A DNA stretch of 64,000 bases from Eledone cirrhosa (taxonomy: Eukaryota), in assembly GCA_964016885.1 (NCBI GenBank), contig OZ024757.1, positions 10,044,001 to 10,108,000 of the forward strand, written 5' to 3'. This document shows, piece by piece, positions 12,201 through 24,200 of the stretch (within the stretch, counting starts at the first letter, position 1; each line of letters starts with the position of its first letter). The notes beneath the pieces were generated by a model. It searched no databases. It saw only the letters and a list, made by a program, of their open reading frames with translations, and was not told the origin of the DNA. The translations under genes and the position numbers were made by a program.

Positions 12201-15200
12201 TTGGGGCTAAGTTAAGTTGGGGTTAAGTTGGGGTTAAGTTAAGTTGGGCTTAAGTTAAGTTGGGGTTAAGGTAAGTTGGGGTTAAGTTAAGTTGGGGTTA
12301 AGTTAAGTTGGGGGTAAGTTAAGTTAGGGGTAAGTCAAGTTGGGGTTAAATCAAGTTGGGTTTAAGTTAAGTTGGGGTTCAGTTAAGTTGGGGCTAAGTT
12401 AAGTTGGGGTTAAGTTGGGGTTAAGTAAAGTTGGGGTTAAGTTAAGTTGGGGTTAAGTTAAGTTGGGGGTAAGTTAAGTTAGGGGTAATTTAAGTTGGGG
12501 TTAAGTTAAGTTGGGGTTAATTTAAGTTGGGGTTAAGGTAAGTGGGGGTTAAGTTAAGTTGGGGTTAAGTTAAGTTGGGGTTAACTTAAGTTGGGTTTAA
12601 GTTAAGTTGGGATTAAATCAAGTTGGGGTTAAGTCAAGTTGGGGTTAAGTCAAGTTGGGGTTAATTCAAGTTGGGGTTAAGTCAAGTTGGGATTAAGTCA
12701 AGTTGGGGTTAAGTCAAGTTGGGGTTAAGTTAAGTTGGGGTTAAGTTAAGTTGGGGTTAAGTTAAGTTGGGTTTAAGTTAAGTTGGGGTTAAGTTAAGTA
12801 GGGGTTAAGTTAAGTTGGGGTTAAGTTGGGGTTAAGTTAAGTTGGGGTTAAGTTAAGTTGGGTTAAGTTAAGTTGGGGTTAATTAAGTTGGGGGTAAGTT
12901 AAGTTAGGGGTAAGTTAATTGGGGTTAATTTAAGTTGGGGTTAAGTTAAGTTGGGGTTAAGTTAAGTTGGGGTTAAGTTAAGTTGGGGTTAATTTAAGTT
13001 GGGGTTAAGTTAAGTTGGGGTTAAGGTAAGTTGGGGTTAAGTTAAGTTGGGGTTAAGTTAAGTTGGGGTTACGTTAAGTTGGGGTTAAGTTAAGTTGGGG
13101 TTAAGTTAAGTTGGGATTAAGTCAAGTTGGTGTTAAGTCAAGTTGGGGTTAAGTCAAGTTCGGGTTAAGTCAAGTTGGGGTTAAGTCAAGTTTGGGTTAA
13201 GTTAAGTTGGGGTTAAGTTAAGTGGGGGTTAAGTTAACTTGGGGTTAAGTTAAGTTGGGGCTAATTTAAGTTGGTGTTAATTTAAGTTGGGGTTAAGTTA
13301 AGTTGGGGTTAAGTTAAGTTGGGGTTAAATTAAGCTGGGGTTAACTTAAGTAGGGGTTAAGTTAAGTTGGGTTAAGTTGGGATTAACTTAAGTTTGGGTT
13401 AAGTTAAGTTGGGGTTAAGTTAAGTTCGGATTGAGTCAAGTGTGGGGTTAAGTCAAGTTGGGGTTAAGTCAAGTTGGGTTTAAGTTAAGTTGGGGTTAAG
13501 TTAAGTTGGGGTTAAGTTAAGTTGGTGTTAAGTTAAGTTGGGGTTAAGTTAAGTTGGGGTTAAGTTAATATGGGGTTAAGTTAAGTTGGGGTTAAGTTAA
13601 GTTGGGGTTAAGTCAAGTTGGGGTTAAGTCAAGTTGGGGTTAAGTTAAGTTGGGGTTAAGTTAAGTTGGGGTTAAGTTAAGTTGGGGGTAAGTTAATTAA
13701 GTCGGGGGTAATTTAAGTTGGGGGTAAGTTAAGCTGGGGTTAAGTTAAATTGGGGTTAAGTTAAGTTGGGGTTAAGTTAAGTAGGGGTTAAGTTAAGTTG
13801 GGGTTAAGTTGGGGTTAAGTTAAGTTGGGGTTAAGTTAATTTGGGGTTAAGTTAAGTTGGGGTTAAGTTGGGGTTAAGTTGGGGTTAAGTTAAGTTGGGG
13901 TTAAGTTAAGTTGGGGGTAAGTTAAGTTAGGGGTAATTTAAGTTGGGGTTAAGTTAAGTTGGGGTTAAGTTAAGTTGGGGTTAAGGTAAGTTGGGGTTAA
14001 GTTAAGTTGGGGTTAAGTTAAGTTGGGGTTAAGTTAAGTTGGGTTTAAGTTAAGTTGGGATTAAATCAAGTTGGGGTTAAGTCAAGTTGGGGTTAAGTCA
14101 AGTTGGGGTTAATTCAAGTTGGGGTTAAGTCAAGTTGGGATTAAGTCAAGTTGGGGTTAAGTCAAGTTGGGGTTAAGTTAAGTTGGGGTTAAGTTAAGTT
14201 GGGGTTAAGTTAAGTTGGGTTTAAGTTAAGTTGGGGTTAAGTTAAGTAGGGGTTAAGTTAAGTTGGGGTTAAGTTGGGGTTAAGTTAAGTTGGGGTTAAG
14301 TTAAGTTGGGTTAAGTTAAGTTGGGGTTAATTAAGTTGGGGGTAAGTTAAGTTAGGGGTAAGTTAAGTTGGGGTTAATTTAAGTTGGGGTTAAGTTAAGT
14401 TGGGGTTAAGTTAAGTTGGGGTTAAGTTAAGTTGGGGTTAATTTAAGTTGGGGTTAAGTTAAGTTGGGGTTAAGGTAAGTTGGGGTTAAGTTAAGTTGGG
14501 GTTAAGTTAAGTTGGGGTTACGTTAAGTTGGGGTTAAGTTAAGTTGGGGTTAAGTTAAGTTGGGATTAAGTCAAGTTGGTGTTAAGTCAAGTTGGGGTTA
14601 AGTCAAGTTGGGGTTAAGTCAAGTTGGGGTTAAGTCAAGTTTGGGTTAAGTTAAGTTGGGGTTAAGTTAAGCGGGGGTTAAATTAACTTGGGGTTAATTT
14701 AAGTTGGGGCTAATTTAAGTTGGTGTTAATTTAAGTTGGGGTTAAGTTAAGTTGGGGTTAAGTTAAGTTGGGGTTAAATTAAGCTGGGGTTAACTTAAGT
14801 AGGGGTTAAGTTAAGTTGGGTTAAGTTGGGATTAACTTAAGTTTGGGTTAAGTTAAGTTGGGGTTAAGTTAAGTTCGGATTGAGTCAAGTGTGGGGTTAA
14901 GTCAAGTTGGGGTTAATTCAAGTTGGGTTTAAGTTAAGTTGGGGTTAAGTTAAGTTGGGGTTAAGTTAAGTTGGTGTTAAGTTAAGTTGGGGTTAAGTTA
15001 AGTTGGGGTTAAGTTAATATGGGGTTAAGTTAAGTTGGGGTTAAGTTAAGTTGGGGTTAAGTCAAGTTGGGGTTAAGTCAAGTTGGGGTTAAGTTAAGTT
15101 GGGGTTAAGTTAAGTTGGGGTTAAGTTAAGTTGGGGGTAAGTTAATTAAGTCGGGGGTAATTTAAGTTGGGGGTAAGTTAAGCTAGGGTTAAGTTAAATT

Positions 15201-18200
15201 GGGGTTAAGTTAAGTTGGGGTTAAGTTAAGTAGGGGTTAAGTTAAGTTGGGGTTAAGTTGGGGTTAAGTTAAGTTGGGGTTAAGTTAATTTGGGGTTAAG
15301 TTAAGTTGGGGTTAAGTTAAGTTGGGGTTAAGTTAAGTTGGGGTTAAGTTAAGTTGGGGGTAAGTTAAGTTAGGGGTAAGTTAAGTTGGGGTTAAGTTAA
15401 GTTGGGGTTAAGTTAAGTTGGGGATAAGTTAAGTTGGGGTTAATTTAAGTTGGGGTTAAGTTAAGTTGGGGTTAAGGTAAGTTGGGGTTAAGTTAAGTTG
15501 GGGTTAAGTTAAGTTGGGGTTACGTTAAGTTGGGGTTAAGTTAAGTTGGGGTTAAGTTAAGTTGGGATTAAGTCAAGTTGGGGTTAAGTCAAGTTGGGGT
15601 TAAGTCAAGTTGGGGTTAAGTCAAGTTTGGGTTAAGTTAAGTTGGGGTTAAGTTAAGTTGGGGTTAAGTTAAGTTGGGGTAAGTTAAGTTGGAATTAAGT
15701 CAAGTTGGGGTTAAATCAAGTTGGGGTTAAGTCGAGTTGGGTTTAAGTTAAGTTGGGGTTCAGTTAAGTTGGGGCTAAGTTAAGTTGGGGTTAAGTTGGG
15801 GTTAAGTTAAGTTGGGGTTAAATCAAGTTGGGGTTAATTCAAGTTGGGGTTAAGTCAAGTTGGGGTTAAGTCAAGTTGGGATTAAGTCAAGTTGAGGTTA
15901 AGTCAAGTTGGGGTTAAGTTAAGTTGGGGTTAAGTTAAGTTGGGGTTAAGTTAAGTTGGGGTTAAGTTAAGTTGGGGTTAAGTTAAGTAGGGGTTAAGTT
16001 AAGTTGGGGTTAAGTTAAGTTGGGGTTAAGTTAAGTTGGGGATAAGTTAAGTTGGGGTTAATTTAAGTTGGGGTTAAGTTATGTTGGGGTTAAGGTAAGT
16101 TGGGGTTAAGTTAAGTTGGGGTTAAGTTAAGTTGGGGTTACGTTAAGTTGGGGTTAAGTTAAGTTGGGGTTAAGTTAAGTTGGGATTAAGTCAAGTTGGG
16201 GTTAATTCAAGTTGGGGTTAAGTCAAGTTGGGGTTAAGTCAAGTTTGGGTTAAGTTAAGTTGGGGTTAAGTTAAGTTGGGGTTAAGTTAATTTAGGGGTA
16301 ATTTAAGTTGGGGTTAAGTTAAGTTGGGGTTAAGGTAAGTTGGGGTTAAGTTAAGTTGGGGTTAAGTTAAGTTGGGGGTAAGTTAAGTTAGGGGTAAGTC
16401 AAGTTGGGGTTAAATCAAGTTGTGTTTAAGTTAAGTTGGGGTTCAGTTAAGTTGGGGCTAAGTTAAGTTGGGGTTAAGTTGGGGTTACGTTAAGTTGGGG
16501 TTAAGTTAAGTTGGGGTTAAGTTAAGTTGGGGGTAAGTTAAGTTAGGGGTAATTTAAGTTGGGGTTAAGTTAAGTTGGGGTTAAGGTAAGTTGGGGTTAA
16601 GTTAAGTTGGGGTTAAGTTAAGTTGGGGGTAAGTTAAGTTAGGGGTAAGTTAAGTTGGGGTTAAGTTAAGTTGGGGTTAAGTTAAGTTGGGGATAAGTTA
16701 AGTTGGGGTTAATTTAAGTTGGGGTTAAGTTATGTTGGGGTTAAGGTAAGTTGGGGTTAAGTTAAGTTGGGGTTAAGTTAAGTTGGGGTTACCTTAAGTT
16801 GGGGTTAAGTTAAGTTGGGGTTAAGTTAAGTTGGGATTAAGTCAAGTTGGGGTTAAGTCAAGTTGGGGTTAAGTCAAGTTGGGGTTAAGTCAAGTTTGGG
16901 TTAAGTTAAGTTGGGGTTAAGTTAAGTTGGGGTTAAATTAAGTTGGGGGTAAGTTAATTAAGTCGGGGGTAATTTAAGTTGGGGGTAAGTTAAGCTGGGG
17001 TTAAGTTAAGTTGGGGTTAAGTTAAGTTGGGGTTAAGTTAAGTAGGGGTTAAGTTAAGTTGGGGTTAAGTTGGGGTTAAGTTAAGTTGGGGTTAAGTTAA
17101 TTTGGGGTTAAGTTAAGTTGGGGTTAAGTTAAGTTGGGGTTAAGTTAAGTTGGGGATAAGTTAAGTTGGGGTTAATTTAAGTTGGGGTTAAGTTATGTTG
17201 GGGTTAAGGTAAGTTGGGGTTAAGTTAAGTTGGGGTTAAGTTAAGTTGGGGTTACGTTAAGTTGGGGTTAAGTTAAGTTGGGGTTAAGTTAAGTTGGGAT
17301 TAAGTCAAGTTGGGGTTAAGTCAAGTTGGGGTTAAGTCAAGTTGGGGTTAAATCAAGTTTGGGTTAAGTTAAGTTGGGGTTAAGTTAAGTTGGGGTTAAG
17401 TTAATTTAGGGGTAATTTAAGTTGGGGTTAGGTTAAGTTGGGGTTAAGGTAAGTTGGGGTTAAGTTAAGTTGGGGTTAAGTTAAGTTGGGGGTAAGTTAA
17501 GTTAGGGGTAAGTCAAGTTGGGGTTAAATCAAGTTGGGTTTAAGTTAAGTTGGGGTTCAGTTAAGTTGGGGCTAAGTTAAGTTGGGGTTAAGTTGGGGTT
17601 AAGTTAAGTTGGGCTTAAGTTAAGTTGGGGTTAAGGTAAGTTGGGGTTAAGTTAAGTTGGGGTTAAGTTAAGTTGGGGGTAAGTTAAGTTAGGGGTAAGT
17701 CAAGTTGGGGTTAAATCAAGTTGGGTTTAAGTTAAGTTGGGGTTCAGTTAAGTTGGGGCTAAGTTAAGTTGGGGTTAAGTTGGGGTTAAGTAAAGTTGGG
17801 GTTAAGTTAAGTTGGGGTTAAGTTAAGTTGGGGTTAAGTTAAGTTGGGGGTAAGTTAATTAAGTCGGGGGTAATTTAAGTTGGGGGTAAGTTAAGCTGGG
17901 GTTAAGTTAAATTGGGGTTAAGTTAAGTTGGGGTTAAGTTAAGTAGGGGTTAAGTTAAGTTGGGGTTAAGTTGGGGTTAAGTTAAGTTGGGGTTAAGTTA
18001 ATTTGGGGTTAAGTTAAGTTGGGGTTAAGTTGGGGTTAAGTTAAGTTGGGGTTAAGTTAAGTTGGGGTTAAGTTAAGTTGGGGGTAAGTTAAGTTAGGGG
18101 TAATTTAAGTTGGGGTTAAGTTAAGTGGGGGTTAAGTTAAGTTGGGGTTAAGGTAAGTTGGGGTTAAGTTAAGTTGGGGTTAAGTTAAGTTGGGGTTAAG

Positions 18201-21200
18201 TTAAGTTGGGTTTAAATTAAGTTGGGATTAAATCAAGTTGGGGTTAAGTCAAGTTGGGGTTAAGTCAAGTTGGGGTTAATTCAAGTTGGGGTTAAGTCAA
18301 GTTGGGATTAAGTCATGTTGGGGTTAAGTCAAGTTGGGGTTAAGTTAAGTTGAGGTTAAGTTAAGTTGGGGTTAAGTTAAGTTGGGTTTAAGTTAAGTTG
18401 GGGTTAAGTTAAGTAGGGGTTAAGTTAAGTTGGGGTTAAGTTGGGGTTAAGTTAAGTTGGGGTTAAGTTAAGTTGGGTTAAGTTAAGTTGGGGTTAATTA
18501 AGTTGGGGGTAAGTTAAGTTAGGGGTAAGTTAAGTTGGGGTTAATTTAAGTTGGGGTTAAGTTAAGTTGGGGTTAAGTTAAGTTGGGGTTAAGTTAAGTT
18601 GGGGTTAATTTAAGTTGGGGTTAAGTTAAGTTGGGGTTCAGGTAAGTTGGGGTTAAGTTAAGTTGGGGTTAAGTTAAGTTGGGGTTACGTTAAGTTGGGG
18701 TTAAGTTAAGTTGGGGTTAAGTTAAGTTGGGATTAAGTCAAGTTGGTGTTAAGTCAAGTTGGGGTTAAGTCAAGTTGGGGTTAAGTCAAGTTGGGGTTAA
18801 GTCAAGTTTGGGTTAAGTTAAGTTGGGGTTAAGTTAAGTGGGGGTTAAGTTAACTTGGGGTTAAGTTAAGTTGGGGCTAATTTAAGTTGGTGTTAATTTA
18901 AGTTGGGGTTAAGTTAAGTTGGGGTTAAGTTAAGTTGGGGTTAAATTAAGCTGGGGTTAACTTAAGTAGGGGTTAAGTTAAGTTGGGTTAAGTTGGGATT
19001 AACTTAAGTTTGGGTTAAGTTAAGTTGGGGTTAAGTTAAGTTCGGATTGAGTCAAGTGTGGGGTTAAGTCAAGTTGGGGTTAAGTCAAGTTGGGTTTAAG
19101 TTAAGTTGGGGTTAAGTTAAGTTGGTGTTAAGTTAAGTTGGGGTTAAGTTAAGTTGGGGTTAAGTTAATATGGGGTTAAGTTAAGTTGGGGTTAAGTTAA
19201 GTTGGGGTTAAGTCAAGTTGGGGTTAAGTCAAGTTGGGGTTAAGTTAAGTTGGGGTTAAGTTAAGTTGGGGTTAAGTTAAGTTGGGGGTAAGTTAATTAA
19301 GTCGGGGGTAATTTAAGTTGGGGGTAAGTTAAGCTGGGGTTAAGTTAAATTGGGGTTAAGTTAAGTTGGGGTTAAGTTAAGTAGGGGTTAAGTTAAGTTG
19401 GGGTTAAGTTGGGGTTAAGTTAAGTTGGGGTTAAGTTAATTTGGGGTTAAGTTAAGTTGGGGTTAAGTTAAGTTGGGGTTAAGTTAAGTTGGGGGTAAGT
19501 TAAGTTAGGGGTAAGTTAAGTTGGGGTTAAGTTAAGTTGGGGTTAAGTTAAGTTGGGGATAAGTTAAGTTGGGGTTAATTTAAGTTGGGGTTAAGTTAAG
19601 TTGGGGTTAAGGTAAGTTGGGGTTAAGTTAAGTTGGGGTTAAGTTAAGTTGGGGTTAAGTTAAGTTGGGGTTAAGTTAAGTTGGGGTTAAGTTAAGTTGG
19701 GATTAAGTCAAGTTGGGGTTAAGTCAAGTTGGGGTTAAGTCAAGTTGGGGTTAAGTCAAGTTTGGGTTAAGTTAAGTTGGGGTTAAGTTAAGTTGGGGTT
19801 AAGTTAAGTTGGGGTAAGTTAAGTTGGAATTAAGTCAAGTTGGGGTTAAATCAAGTTGGGGTTAAGTCAAGTTGGGTTTAAGTTAAGTTGGGGTTCAGTT
19901 AAGTTGGGGCTAAGTTAAGTTGGGGTTAAGTTGGGGTTAAGTTAAGTTGGGGTTAAATCAAGTTGGGGTTAACTCAAGTTGGGGTTAAGTCAAGTTGGGG
20001 TTAAGTCAAGTTGGGATTAAGTCAAGTTGGGGTTAAGTCAAGTTGGGGTTAAGTTAAGTTGGGGTTAAGTTAAGTTGGGGTTAAGTTAAGTTGGGGTTAA
20101 ATTAAGTTGGGGGTAAGTTAATTAAGTCGGGGGTAATTTAAGTTGGGGGTAAGTTAAGCTGGGGTTAAGTTAAGTTGGGGTTAAGTTAAGTTGGGGTTAA
20201 GTTAAGTAGGGGTTAAGTTAAGTTGGGGTTAAGTTGGGGTTAAGTTAAGTTGGGGTTAAGTTAATTTGGGGTTAAGTTAAGTTGGGGTTAAGTTAAGTTG
20301 GGGTTAAGTTAAGTTGGGGATAAGTTAAGTTGGGGTTAATTTAAGTTGGGGTTAAGTTATGTTGGGGTTAAGGTAAGTTGGGGTTAAGTTAAGTTGGGGT
20401 TAAGTTAAGTTGGGGTTACGTTAAGTTGGGGTTAAGTTAAGTTGGGGTTAAGTTAAGTTGGGATTAAGTCAAGTTGGGGTTAAGTCAAGTTGGGGTTAAG
20501 TCAAGTTGGGGTTAAATCAAGTTTGGGTTAAGTTAAGTTGGGGTTAAGTTAAGTTGGGGTTAAGTTAATTTAGGGGTAATTTAAGTTGGGGTTAGGTTAA
20601 GTTGGGGTTAAGGTAAGTTGGGGTTAAGTTAAGTTGGGGTTAAGTTAAGTTGGGGGTAAGTTAAGTTAGGGGTAAGTCAAGTTGGGGTTAAATCAAGTTG
20701 GGTTTAAGTTAAGTTGGGGTTCAGTTAAGTTGGGGCTAAGTTAAGTTGGGGTTAAGTTGGGGTTAAGTTAAGTTGGGCTTAAGTTAAGTTGGGGTTAAGG
20801 TAAGTTGGGGTTAAGTTAAGTTGGGGTTAAGTTAAGTTGGGGGTAAGTTAAGTTAGGGGTAAGTCAAGTTGGGGTTAAATCAAGTTGGGTTTAAGTTAAG
20901 TTGGGGTTCAGTTAAGTTGGGGCTAAGTTAAGTTGGGGTTAAGTTGGGGTTAAGTAAAGTTGGGGTTAAGTTAAGTTGGGGTTAAGTTAAGTTGGGGGTA
21001 AGTTAAGTTAGGGGTAATTTAAGTTGGGGTTAAGTTAAGTTGGGGTTAATTTAAGTTGGGGTTAAGGTAAGTGGGGGTTAAGTTAAGTTGGGGTTAAGTT
21101 AAGTTGGGGTTAACTTAAGTTGGGTTTAAGTTAAGTTGGGATTAAATCAAGTTGGGGTTAAGTCAAGTTGGGGTTAAGTCAAGTTGGGGTTAATTCAAGT

Positions 21201-24200
21201 TGGGGTTAAGTCAAGTTGGGATTAAGTCAAGTTGGGGTTAAGTCAAGTTGGGGTTAAGTTAAGTTGGGGTTAAGTTAAGTTGGGGTTAAGTTAAGTTGGG
21301 TTTAAGTTAAGTTGGGGTTAAGTTAAGTAGGGGTTAAGTTAAGTTGGGGTTAAGTTGGGGTTAAGTTAAGTTGGGGTTAAGTTAAGTTGGGTTAAGTTAA
21401 GTTGGGGTTAATTAAGTTGGGGGTAAGTTAAGTTAGGGGTAAGTTAATTGGGGTTAATTTAAGTTGGGGTTAAGTTAAGTTGGGGTTAAGTTAAGTTGGG
21501 GTTAAGTTAAGTTGGGGTTAATTTAAGTTGGGGTTAAGTTAAGTTGGGGTTAAGGTAAGTTGGGGTTAAGTTAAGTTGGGGTTAAGTTAAGTTGGGGTTA
21601 CGTTAAGTTGGGGTTAAGTTAAGTTGGGGTTAAGTTAAGTTGGGATTAAGTCAAGTTGGTGTTAAGTCAAGTTGGGGTTAAGTCAAGTTCGGGTTAAGTC
21701 AAGTTGGGGTTAAGTCAAGTTTGGGTTAAGTTAAGTTGGGGTTAAGTTAAGTGGGGGTTAAGTTAACTTGGGGTTAAGTTAAGTTGGGGCTAATTTAAGT
21801 TGGTGTTAATTTAAGTTGGGGTTAAGTTAAGTTGGGGTTAAGTTAAGTTGGGGTTAAATTAAGCTGGGGTTAACTTAAGTAGGGGTTAAGTTAAGTTGGG
21901 TTAAGTTGGGATTAACTTAAGTTTGGGTTAAGTTAAGTTGGGGTTAAGTTAAGTTCGGATTGAGTCAAGTGTGGGGTTAAGTCAAGTTGGGGTTAAGTCA
22001 AGTTGGGTTTAAGTTAAGTTGGGGTTAAGTTAAGTTGGGGTTAAGTTAAGTTGGTGTTAAGTTAAGTTGGGGTTAAGTTAAGTTGGGGTTAAGTTAATAT
22101 GGGGTTAAGTTAAGTTGGGGTTAAGTTAAGTTGGGGTTAAGTCAAGTTGGGGTTAAGTCAAGTTGGGGTTAAGTTAAGTTGGGGTTAAGTTAAGTTGGGG
22201 TTAAGTTAAGTTGGGGGTAAGTTAATTAAGTCGGGGGTAATTTAAGTTGGGGGTAAGTTAAGCTGGGGTTAAGTTAAATTGGGGTTAAGTTAAGTTGGGG
22301 TTAAGTTAAGTAGGGGTTAAGTTAAGTTGGGGTTAAGTTGGGGTTAAGTTAAGTTGGGGTTAAGTTAATTTGGGGTTAAGTTAAGTTGGGGTTAAGTTGG
22401 GGTTAAGTTGGGGTTAAGTTAAGTTGGGGTTAAGTTAAGTTGGGGGTAAGTTAAGTTAGGGGTAATTTAAGTTGGGGTTAAGTTAAGTTGGGGTTAAGTT
22501 AAGTTGGGGTTAAGGTAAGTTGGGGTTAAGTTAAGTTGGGGTTAAGTTAAGTTGGGGTTAAGTTAAGTTGGGTTTAAGTTAAGTTGGGATTAAATCAAGT
22601 TGGGGTTAAGTCAAGTTGGGGTTAAGTCAAGTTGGGGTTAATTCAAGTTGGGGTTAAGTCAAGTTGGGATTAAGTCAAGTTGGGGTTAAGTCAAGTTGGG
22701 GTTAAGTTAAGTTGGGGTTAAGTTAAGTTGGGGTTAAGTTAAGTTGGGTTTAAGTTAAGTTGGGGTTAAGTTAAGTAGGGGTTAAGTTAAGTTGGGGTTA
22801 AGTTGGGGTTAAGTTAAGTTGGGGTTAAGTTAAGTTGGGTTAAGTTAAGTTGGGGTTAATTAAGTTGGGGGTAAGTTAAGTTAGGGGTAAGTTAAGTTGG
22901 GGTTAATTTAAGTTGGGGTTAAGTTAAGTTGGGGTTAAGTTAAGTTGGGGTTAAGTTAAGTTGGGGTTAATTTAAGTTGGGGTTAAGTTAAGTTGGGGTT
23001 AAGGTAAGTTGGGGTTAAGTTAAGTTGGGGTTAAGTTAAGTTGGGGTTACGTTAAGTTGGGGTTAAGTTAAGTTGGGGTTAAGTTAAGTTGGGATTAAGT
23101 CAAGTTGGTGTTAAGTCAAGTTGGGGTTAAGTCAAGTTGGGGTTAAGTCAAGTTGGGGTTAAGTCAAGTTTGGGTTAAGTTAAGTTGGGGTTAAGTTAAG
23201 CGGGGGTTAAATTAACTTGGGGTTAATTTAAGTTGGGGCTAATTTAAGTTGGTGTTAATTTAAGTTGGGGTTAAGTTAAGTTGGGGTTAAGTTAAGTTGG
23301 GGTTAAATTAAGCTGGGGTTAACTTAAGTAGGGGTTAAGTTAAGTTGGGTTAAGTTGGGATTAACTTAAGTTTGGGTTAAGTTAAGTTGGGGTTAAGTTA
23401 AGTTCGGATTGAGTCAAGTGTGGGGTTAAGTCAAGTTGGGGTTAATTCAAGTTGGGTTTAAGTTAAGTTGGGGTTAAGTTAAGTTGGGGTTAAGTTAAGT
23501 TGGTGTTAAGTTAAGTTGGGGTTAAGTTAAGTTGGGGTTAAGTTAATATGGGGTTAAGTTAAGTTGGGGTTAAGTTAAGTTGGGGTTAAGTCAAGTTGGG
23601 GTTAAGTCAAGTTGGGGTTAAGTTAAGTTGGGGTTAAGTTAAGTTGGGGTTAAGTTAAGTTGGGGGTAAGTTAATTAAGTCGGGGGTAATTTAAGTTGGG
23701 GGTAAGTTAAGCTAGGGTTAAGTTAAATTGGGGTTAAGTTAAGTTGGGGTTAAGTTAAGTAGGGGTTAAGTTAAGTTGGGGTTAAGTTGGGGTTAAGTTA
23801 AGTTGGGGTTAAGTTAATTTGGGGTTAAGTTAAGTTGGGGTTAAGTTAAGTTGGGGTTAAGTTAAGTTGGGGGTAAGTTAAGTTAGGGGTAAGTTAAGTT
23901 GGGGTTAAGTTAAGTTGGGGTTAAGTTAAGTTGGGGATAAGTTAAGTTGGGGTTAATTTAAGTTGGGGTTAAGTTAAGTTGGGGTTAAGGTAAGTTGGGG
24001 TTAAGTTAAGTTGGGGTTAAGTTAAGTTGGGGTTACGTTAAGTTGGGGTTAAGTTAAGTTGGGGTTAAGTTAAGTTGGGATTAAGTCAAGTTGGGGTTAA
24101 GTCAAGTTGGGGTTAAGTCAAGTTGGGGTTAAGTCAAGTTTGGGTTAAGTTAAGTTGGGGTTAAGTTAAGTTGGGGTTAAGTTAAGTTGGGGTAAGTTAA